Below are positions 56,985-64,000 of a stretch of 64,000 bases of DNA, in pieces; position 1 is the stretch's first letter, and each line of letters opens with the position of its first letter. The position numbers and the translations under genes were made by a program. The stretch is taken from contig CP046106.1 in NCBI GenBank assembly GCA_013343275.1, positions 576,001 through 640,000 on the forward strand. The letters run 5' to 3'. The notes under the pieces are model-generated. The model was not told the origin of the DNA, did not search any database, and worked only from the letters and a program-made list of their open reading frames with translations. The DNA comes from Candidatus Nanohaloarchaea archaeon. GTDB taxonomy: Archaea; Nanohalarchaeota; Nanosalinia; Nanosalinales; Nanosalinaceae.

Positions 56985-57031
56985 TCCTATTCACCTTTCC
57001 TATTTTATTTCTCATCTATCTATTCTGAACT

Positions 57032-58069
57032 GTGGACAGGAAAATCTTGATGCTTGGCTGGGGATTCCCTCCGAAGATAGAGGGCGGTCTTGACATACAT
57101 GTAGCACATCTATTCGAGGAGCTGCGGAAGAAGGATATCGATGTAGATCTGGCGCTGCCAGAGGAGTACGCACCAGCCATGAATGATGTTACCGCGCTGG
57201 AGACAGAGTCAGAGCATATTCTGCCGCAGTCACGGGAGATCTCCTCAAAGGTTGCAGAACTGGCCAAGGACTACGATATAGTTCATACCCACGACTGGTT
57301 TGGAAGCGAGGCCGGTCTCAAGTCAAAGAAGTACTCGGGCGTGAAATGGGTTTCGACCCTGCACTCACTAAGCAGCCAGAGATCAAGGAGCACAAATGAG
57401 GAAGGCCTGAAGCTGGAGAGAGCGGCAGCAGAGAAATCTGACACCCTGATAACTGTGAGCAACAAGCTAGCTGAAGAGGTTAAATCAGAGTTCAACACTT
57501 CGGCCCAGGTAATCCACAACGGATTCTCAAGCAAGAAGAAAAAAGGTAGAGACATGAAAGAAGAACTAGGAATAGAAAACAACATGATTTTCTTTGTAGG
57601 CCGGCATGCAGAGCAAAAAGGTCTCGAACACCTGCTATATGGATTTAAGAAGTTCTTGGAGGAGGAAGACGGAGTGCTTGTGCTTGGAGGCGAAGGCCAC
57701 ATGAGTGAAGCGCTACAGGACTTCGCAGAGATACTTGGTATAGATGAAAAAGTACTGTTCCCTGGCTTTATCCCTGAAGGAGATCTAGGAGACTACTACA
57801 GTTCTGCAGATGTATTTGTCTCCCCTTCGCTGAACGAACCTTTCGGACTTACTCTTACCGAGGCCCTAGAGCACCAGACTCCTGTAGTTGCTGCTGAAAG
57901 CGGGGCTGAAGAGATACTGCCCGACAATACTATCATCAAAGTCGAGCCTGACTCCAGCGAGATAAGTGCGGGTATTTCAGAGGCCTTAGATAAAGAGATC
58001 AGCAGTATAGAGGGCCGGAGCTGGGAAGAAGTTGCAGAGGAAACACTCGAAGTTTACAGGGATCTGTAG
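57032..58069 (+). CDS. Glycosyltransferase family 4 (glycogen-synthase-like)
   Basis: WGFPPKIEGGL, HTHDW, QKG, EPFGLTLTEA. Confidence 0.9.
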   Translation: MDRKILMLGWGFPPKIEGGLDIHVAHLFEELRKKDIDVDLALPEEYAPAMNDVTALETESEHILPQSREISSKVAELAKDYDIVHTHDWFGSEAGLKSKKYSGVKWVSTLHSLSSQRSRSTNEEGLKLERAAAEKSDTLITVSNKLAEEVKSEFNTSAQVIHNGFSSKKKKGRDMKEELGIENNMIFFVGRHAEQKGLEHLLYGFKKFLEEEDGVLVLGGEGHMSEALQDFAEILGIDEKVLFPGFIPEGDLGDYYSSADVFVSPSLNEPFGLTLTEALEHQTPVVAAESGAEEILPDNTIIKVEPDSSEISAGISEALDKEISSIEGRSWEEVAEETLEVYRDL

Positions 58070-58074
58070 CAAAT

Positions 58075-58302
58075 CTATCCCAGTATTTCGAAATCCGATA
58101 TTTCGCCTTCATGCACCAACTGATAGCCGAAATCAGTGCTTCTGAGGCCTTCATAGCTTTCAGCATAGTAACTTGTATTGTTATCTGATTCTTCAGGCAG
58201 GTAGATCCTCTCTTCTTCGCCTTCTACCGCTACCGCTATCTTCCTGTCGGTGTGAATGTCGATCTGGCTTCCTTTCTCTGTTTCCTGTATCCGGACATCC
58301 AT
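58075..58302 (-). CDS. Small hypothetical protein in the glycogen cluster
   Basis: 75 aa, ERIYLPE motif, acidic. Confidence 0.65.
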   Translation of the reverse strand: MDVRIQETEKGSQIDIHTDRKIAVAVEGEEERIYLPEESDNNTSYYAESYEGLRSTDFGYQLVHEGEISDFEILG

Positions 58303-58372
58303 AAGAAGTTATACTTCACGGCAGTTTTTAACGACCGTGGCCGATTTAAACGAGGTTAAAGAAAACCTTTCT

Positions 58373-59587
58373 ATGACAGATCTAACCCTTTCATTCGAAG
58401 TGCATCAGCCTCACAGATTGAGGATCGACGGAGTAAAAGAGGATGCAGAAGACCTCTACGACAGGTATTTCGATGACGAAATGAATGAGCACTTCTTCAA
58501 GGATGTGGCCGAGAACTGCTACTTTCCTGCAACCGAGAGGCTTTTGAGGGCGGCCAGAGAGCTGGAAGGTACAGAAAACGAGCTGGTTGTGAACTTCTCG
58601 ATCTCCAGCTCCTGGATCGAACAGGCAGAGAAATATCACCCGGAACTGATCGACATGCTGAACAAGTTCCCTGAGGACAGCATAGATTTCATCGGGCAGG
58701 CCCACTACCACAGCCTTGCAGGCCTTTTCTTCGACAAAGAGGAGTTCAGGTGGCAGATCAACAGGCACCGCGACATCATTGAGGAGAAGTTCGGCGTAAG
58801 GCCTCAGGTCATGACCAACACCGAGCTAATCTACCACAACGAGATAGGTAAAGTTGCCGCAGAGGAAGGCTACGAAGGCATTTTTACGGAGGGCGCTGAA
58901 AGAATACTGGGCTGGAGATCTCCTAACCACGCGTACACTCAGCCAGATTTCATGGATGGAGAGAAAACCAGCATCTTGCTGAGAAACCGTGAGCTTACAG
59001 ACGATGTTGGCTACCGTTTCTCTGCGGAGTGGTGGAGCGAATACCCGCTGACCGCTGACAAATACGCAGCCTGGCTTGACGAAGAGGAAGGCGACATGAT
59101 CAACCTGTTCATGGACTACGAAACATTTGGAGAGCATCACTGGGAGGGAACCGGAATACTGTGGTTCCTGGAAGATCTGCCGCATGAGGTAGCAGATAGG
59201 GAGGACCTTCAGTTCAGGAAAGTGCGCGAAGTAGCTGAGAAAGAACCTGTCGGCGAGTTCGATGCCTTCGAATACAACACCGTTTCCTGGGCCGACCAGG
59301 AGATGGACGCCTCCGCCTGGCTTGGAAACCCTATGCAGAAGATGCTCTTCGAAAAACTTCAGGAACTTGAGGACAAAGTAAAAGATCTTGACGATCCCGA
59401 AGTCAAGGATGTCTGGAGAAAATTCCTCACCTCCGATCATCTGCACCATATCGCGACAAAAACCATGGACGACGGTTCAGTGCATAACTACTTCTCATAC
59501 TTCGATCACCCACACCAAGGTTTCGCAGTTATCACAGAACACATAATGGATTTCCAGCAGCAGGTCGAGAAAAAGTTAAGAGAGTAG
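58373..59587 (+). CDS. Glycoside hydrolase family 57 (alpha-amylase-like)
   Basis: FEVHQP, HYHSL, NTELIY, DYETFGEH, SWAD, TSDH. Confidence 0.92.
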   Translation: MTDLTLSFEVHQPHRLRIDGVKEDAEDLYDRYFDDEMNEHFFKDVAENCYFPATERLLRAARELEGTENELVVNFSISSSWIEQAEKYHPELIDMLNKFPEDSIDFIGQAHYHSLAGLFFDKEEFRWQINRHRDIIEEKFGVRPQVMTNTELIYHNEIGKVAAEEGYEGIFTEGAERILGWRSPNHAYTQPDFMDGEKTSILLRNRELTDDVGYRFSAEWWSEYPLTADKYAAWLDEEEGDMINLFMDYETFGEHHWEGTGILWFLEDLPHEVADREDLQFRKVREVAEKEPVGEFDAFEYNTVSWADQEMDASAWLGNPMQKMLFEKLQELEDKVKDLDDPEVKDVWRKFLTSDHLHHIATKTMDDGSVHNYFSYFDHPHQGFAVITEHIMDFQQQVEKKLRE

Positions 59588-59600
59588 CTTATTATCCTAG

Positions 59601-60563
59601 TTAGTCTCTAGAATCATTCAAAAATATTTGATTATTATCGAAACCTTCCTCTGGAAACAAATCTCCATATAACTCCACATAACTATCCACTTTCTCCTTA
59701 AATTCTTCGTTGTTACCTGATTCAGCGCTTACTTCCCAGTTCTTCGCCCAGTTTATGATATCATTCAGCAATATTGCTCGCTCTTTGAATTCAGCTACAG
59801 AAAATATCTCTTCTTTTCTCACTTCCATCTTGTCAGCGTAATCCCGAAGAGTCTCTTTATAGAAGTCTCTATCTAGACCTTCGTGTATATACATGAATAC
59901 TATTTCTCCCTCAGGATTATTGTTTAGACCAGCTCTCTCCCAGTCAATTAACCGGGGATCTTGAGGCGAACCGATAAGAGAGCTCGAGATATCTCCATGA
60001 ACGAACCCAGTTCTTCCCGACGGAATTTTCCCAGCCTCCTTCTTCACTGCTTCAAGCTGTTCGGAGATCCAGTCCATGAAGTCAGAAGAGAATTTATTTC
60101 CCTCAATATCTTCGTACCGCTGTACCCCAAACTGCTCAACATCTTCTTCCGGAGTATTAGTGTTTCTCAGTATATCTTCAGGAATCTTTCTCTGCAGTGC
60201 TTCAGTGTCTAAAGAGTGAATATCAGCAAAGATCTGTGCCAGTCTTTCCGGAGGCAGTTCTTGAGGATCAATAACATCTCCCTCTATATACTCTATGAGT
60301 TCAGTTTCTTTTTCCGAGAAGTATCTTACAGGTTCAGGAGAATAACCAAAGTTCAAGCATTCAAGAGCCTCTAGTACCCTGTACTCTATTTCTAGTCTAT
60401 TCTCCTCTTCAATATCAGGCCGGTTACAGCGGTAGACAAAATAGTCCCCATCTATTTCGACAGTGAAGTTCCAGTTGCTGTAGCCTGTCTTCCTATCGAG
60501 AACCGAAATATTTCCATCAAACTGTTCTTCGAGATAAAACTTAACCTCTTCTTGCTTAACCAT
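59601..60563 (-). CDS. Aminoglycoside phosphotransferase/choline kinase-like protein
   Basis: GYSN, E..VL, EYIEG, HGD, IDWE. Confidence 0.78.
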   Translation of the reverse strand: MVKQEEVKFYLEEQFDGNISVLDRKTGYSNWNFTVEIDGDYFVYRCNRPDIEEENRLEIEYRVLEALECLNFGYSPEPVRYFSEKETELIEYIEGDVIDPQELPPERLAQIFADIHSLDTEALQRKIPEDILRNTNTPEEDVEQFGVQRYEDIEGNKFSSDFMDWISEQLEAVKKEAGKIPSGRTGFVHGDISSSLIGSPQDPRLIDWERAGLNNNPEGEIVFMYIHEGLDRDFYKETLRDYADKMEVRKEEIFSVAEFKERAILLNDIINWAKNWEVSAESGNNEEFKEKVDSYVELYGDLFPEEGFDNNQIFLNDSRD

Positions 60564-60773
60564 GAAAAATTCGCCTTCTCGAAAAAGAAATTTAGTTGGG
60601 AAACTTATTAACTTGCCGAGAGCAGTTGTAGTTGATATCCAGCAAGTTAAGCTCTATTAAGGAGATTGAATAGGTAAGATGAATTTAGAGATGGCAAAAT
60701 TCTATTAAGCGCTATTTACTAGCATAGTATTGAAAAATCTAGAAATAAAAAATCTGGCTTAGACAAATTAGAC

Positions 60774-61481
60774 GTGACAACAGAGAAACATCAGATAGAG
60801 GTTGAAAACGGAGAAGAAATCTCCGCAGTACACCACAAATCAGATTCTGACAAATGGATTTTCTTCTGCCATGGATTCGGAAGCAACAAGGAAGGTAGCT
60901 ATGAGGCCCGTGCTGAGAGAGCTGTTGAAGAAGGATTTAACGCGGCAAGATTTGATTTCAGAGGTAACGGTGAGAGCGATGGCTGTTTCAAGGAACAGTT
61001 CCTTAGCGACAAAATAGATGATCTCAAGGCCTGTGTTGAGTATTTTGATCCGGACAGAGTTCTTCTCTTCGGTATGAGCTTCGGTGGGAAAGTGGTATTC
61101 CACGCGGCCAGAGATGTGGATGCTGAGGTCGTTGTCGGCAAGTCTCCGGTAACCTACAACTCTGTGATGGATAAGTTCCGGGAGGCCGTTGAGGAGAATG
61201 GAGAGTTCACGTTGTTCGAAGATAAAACAATTACAGCAGATTTCTACACAGATCTAGATACTTACGACTTCCGTGAAGCAGTTGAAGGCCTCGACGTTCC
61301 AGTAGCTATTTTCCATGGCGGTGCCGATACCACAGTTCACTTCGAGAACTCTGCCAAGGCTGTTAAAGAGTTAGATGGCGAAGCCCTGCTTTACAAGCTG
61401 AAAGGTGAGAAGCACTCTCTAAGCGATGATGGAGAAGCAAAGATGCAGGACATGATGTTCTCCTGGCTAGAGAACCTTTAA
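60774..61481 (+). CDS. Alpha/beta hydrolase
   Basis: CHGFGS, FDFRGNGES, GMSFGG nucleophile elbow, HGGAD, H. Confidence 0.9.
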   Translation: MTTEKHQIEVENGEEISAVHHKSDSDKWIFFCHGFGSNKEGSYEARAERAVEEGFNAARFDFRGNGESDGCFKEQFLSDKIDDLKACVEYFDPDRVLLFGMSFGGKVVFHAARDVDAEVVVGKSPVTYNSVMDKFREAVEENGEFTLFEDKTITADFYTDLDTYDFREAVEGLDVPVAIFHGGADTTVHFENSAKAVKELDGEALLYKLKGEKHSLSDDGEAKMQDMMFSWLENL

Positions 61482-61482
61482 T

Positions 61483-62625
61483 TTATCTAAGCGCATCCTG
61501 GTAGATGCCAGTTGTCCAGGCAGAGATCTGCTCCCACTGGAAGTTCTCTTCGACTCTTTCACGGGCGTTGTCGCCCATCCAGTTGTTCCATCCAGGATCT
61601 TCCAGCGCGCGGTTGACCTGGTGAGCAATCGAGTTAGGGTCAGCAGGATAGGAGTGAAGGCCCGTGTATTCATGAACGATTGTATCTTTCATTCCGCCTA
61701 CGTAGCTGCCGACAGTCATTGTTTCAGATGCCGCAGCTTCCAGAGGCACGATACCGAACGGTTCGTAGACGCTCGGCGTCACCATCATTTCAGCATGCTT
61801 CATAAGGCCTAGAAGCTCTCTATCAGATACGTAGCCTGGGAAATGTACTTTGTCGCCCATCTTTGACTTGGCCATATCCCTGTAGTACTCTGTTGCACCG
61901 CTGCCACACATGACAAACTTGGCCTCCTCGTACTGATCCGTTATCTGCGGCATGGCCTCTATAAGATGGCCTGGGCCTTTCTGAGGATACATGCGGCCTA
62001 CGAAAAGAACTATTTTCTCCCAGTCCAGCGCGTAATCATTGTGATTTATACTGTGAGAATGGTTGTCAAACTTCTCAAGATCGACGCCATTCGGAATATA
62101 GTTTATCTTGTTCTCCGGAACATCGTAAAGATGTTTAACCTCTTCAGAGAACTCTCTTCCAACAGTTATCACCTGAGAGGCCTCATAGGTACCGTACCAC
62201 TCCAGATTGTGAATAGTCTCCTGATACTCCGAGTCCCTGCCGTCACGGCCTTCCTGTGTGGAGTGAACTGTGAAAACCATCGGAAGATTCAGAGTCTTCT
62301 TGATACCTGTAGCGCCAGGAACCGCCATCCAGTCATGCGCATGCACCAAGTCGAAATCCTTCTTCTTGCTCAGCTCGATGGCTTTTTTCTCCATCTGGTG
62401 GCCTAGATGCATCGCCCAGGAGATTGTATCGCTGGCAGAGTCCGTCGCCGGAACCCTGTGAATCTCGACGCCATCACGGTACTCAGATTCCTCTGTGTCT
62501 CCATACGAAATAACTACGGGATCGTGTCCTTGCGAGGCCATGGTAGTGGCTAGGTCTTCGCAGTGAGCTGCTATACCTCCTGCCTTATACGGCGGGTACT
62601 CCCATGTGATAAATAAAGGCCTCAT
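61483..62625 (-). CDS. Glycosyltransferase family 4 (glycogen-synthase-like)
   Basis: WEYPPYKAGG, HAHDW, VGR...QKG, EPFGIVPLEA. Confidence 0.92.
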   Translation of the reverse strand: MRPLFITWEYPPYKAGGIAAHCEDLATTMASQGHDPVVISYGDTEESEYRDGVEIHRVPATDSASDTISWAMHLGHQMEKKAIELSKKKDFDLVHAHDWMAVPGATGIKKTLNLPMVFTVHSTQEGRDGRDSEYQETIHNLEWYGTYEASQVITVGREFSEEVKHLYDVPENKINYIPNGVDLEKFDNHSHSINHNDYALDWEKIVLFVGRMYPQKGPGHLIEAMPQITDQYEEAKFVMCGSGATEYYRDMAKSKMGDKVHFPGYVSDRELLGLMKHAEMMVTPSVYEPFGIVPLEAAASETMTVGSYVGGMKDTIVHEYTGLHSYPADPNSIAHQVNRALEDPGWNNWMGDNARERVEENFQWEQISAWTTGIYQDALR

Positions 62626-62631
62626 ATGTAT

Positions 62632-63243
62632 CTAGTTCTCCTGAACCGCTTTTTCCTCTTGTTTAACTATTTGCTTGTATTCGTTTAAAATTCTTGACTG
62701 CCAGTCATGGCTGTAAGGGTCTACAGCCTTCAGCTTTTCCTCTGGGACATCTAAGTCGAATAAAACCGAGTTCTTGGTATCTTCTTTTGTTACAAACACC
62801 TTGTCGGCCTCGAAGGTTCCCTGCCACTCCAGCTCAGAGATAAGCTCTGCATGATCTCCTTCAAAACCTCTCTCATTTTCAGTCGAGTGAATGGTAACTG
62901 CCAGGGGAAGCTCAAGATGTTTCTGCAGAGATACCCCTCCAGGAACTGTAATCCAGTCGTTGCAGTGTATAATATCATAATTCTCTGCCTCTATAATCTC
63001 TCTGGCCCTGTTCTTCAACTCGTTGTTCATCATCATAGCCCAGTTGTAAATATTGTCACCTTCAAAAGGCAGAGGCACTTTCTGAACATCCACTCTATCA
63101 TCGACGTGATACTCGGCCATATCATCGAAGGAAACTATAGTTGCTTGATGGCCCTGATCAACAAGATATTCTGCCAGGTTCTTACAGTACTCTGACACAC
63201 CTTCTCCATCTCTAAACTCTTTGGCAAGCAGAAGTACTTTCAT
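62632..63243 (-). CDS. GT4 N-terminal-domain-only protein
   Basis: HCNDW, TIHSTE, ELEW match the neighbouring GT4; no C-terminal Rossmann domain. Confidence 0.8.
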   Translation of the reverse strand: MKVLLLAKEFRDGEGVSEYCKNLAEYLVDQGHQATIVSFDDMAEYHVDDRVDVQKVPLPFEGDNIYNWAMMMNNELKNRAREIIEAENYDIIHCNDWITVPGGVSLQKHLELPLAVTIHSTENERGFEGDHAELISELEWQGTFEADKVFVTKEDTKNSVLFDLDVPEEKLKAVDPYSHDWQSRILNEYKQIVKQEEKAVQEN

Positions 63244-64000
63244 TACTTGAACCTCATCTGGAAACCTTTTTCCTTGCTTTTCTCCACGTCTGGCTGACTG
63301 TAAGGATCAACGCCGCGCAGCTCTGCCGAGTAGACAGCAAGATACTGCAGGAACGCCATTAACCTGCCGACATTCCTGTAATCTACACTTTCAGCTGAAA
63401 GAACAGTGAAAGGCCTTTCTTCATCCTGGAGAGCATGCTTCACTCCGGTGTACTCGGATTCAAGTGCTGACCCGAACGTCTCTCCATCCAGCTCTCCAAG
63501 ATCGCGGCCTCTGAGATCTATATCCTGTAAATTCTCAGGTACTTCGAGTTTGCTGTGCCTGTGCGCGTTGCTCTTGACGAAAAGAGGCACAATATCTCTT
63601 TCCCCGCCGAAAAGCCTCTGATTGGTGTGATGCTGGTACTCCGGGCCTAGATCTCCAAATACGGACTGTCCCTCTCCCTCTTTGCACACTGTCTCGTGCA
63701 TTAGCTGTACAGTCAAGGGGTAGAACCCGAAGAGTCTTGTGGTATAGAAAGGTGTAAGTATCTGGTCGTATCCTTCTTTTTCTGCGCTGTAAAGCGATTG
63801 TGCCAGTTTCCATGCAGGGTTAGGTCCCTGGTTGAACTTATCGTATATTTCTTCCCCTCCTGCTCTTACTTCATCTACATCTATGCCGCATACTGCTGCA
63901 GGCATCAGGGCGGTTTCTGTAAGGCCCGAAAACCGTCCTCCTACATCCTTGTGCTCTATCCATTCATAGTCGTTTCTATCAACTACTTCTCGGAGAGTTC
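63243..64000 (-). CDS. pgi: Glucose-6-phosphate isomerase (5' end outside the window)
   Basis: Reading frame open to the window edge: DVGGRFSG, QLMHETVCK, QH, DPYSQPDVEKSK. Confidence 0.88.
   Translation of the reverse strand, partial: TLREVVDRNDYEWIEHKDVGGRFSGLTETALMPAAVCGIDVDEVRAGGEEIYDKFNQGPNPAWKLAQSLYSAEKEGYDQILTPFYTTRLFGFYPLTVQLMHETVCKEGEGQSVFGDLGPEYQHHTNQRLFGGERDIVPLFVKSNAHRHSKLEVPENLQDIDLRGRDLGELDGETFGSALESEYTGVKHALQDEERPFTVLSAESVDYRNVGRLMAFLQYLAVYSAELRGVDPYSQPDVEKSKEKGFQMRFK

Overview
This is a gene-dense archaeal chromosomal segment with a strongly acidic (Glu/Asp-rich) cytoplasmic proteome, moderate GC, very short intergenic spacers and archaeal-type information-processing genes. 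The best fit is a nanohaloarchaeon (DPANN); this is inferred from composition and gene content, not from a search. Translation and RNA genes include pheS, trpS, glyS, aspS, endA, rnhB, an Rqc2/NFACT protein and three tRNAs (iMet-CAT, Leu-CAA, Pro-GGG). The window also holds Smc-ScpA-ScpB, Hel308, a thymidylate-cycle cluster (tmk, glyA, thyA, folA), EMP/gluconeogenesis and glycogen genes (pgk, fbp, fba, gap, pgi, GH57, three GT4 genes), a type IV pilus locus, and polX-ligA next to nadM/nnrD. No CRISPR array, rRNA or transposase was seen. The most unusual signals are: (1) the palindrome AGGCCT, iterated about 10-fold above expectation window-wide (HIP-like); (2) a stand-alone ATP-cone gene with tandem NrdR-box-like operators flanking its TATA-like element; (3) a 130-nt multi-hairpin element abutting a tRNA-Pro that has C33 instead of U33; (4) a half-length Smc; (5) a pilin that appears to start at ATT; (6) a GT4 lacking its donor-binding domain; (7) an EndA lacking the catalytic Lys; and (8) kilobase-scale flips of third-codon-position skew.
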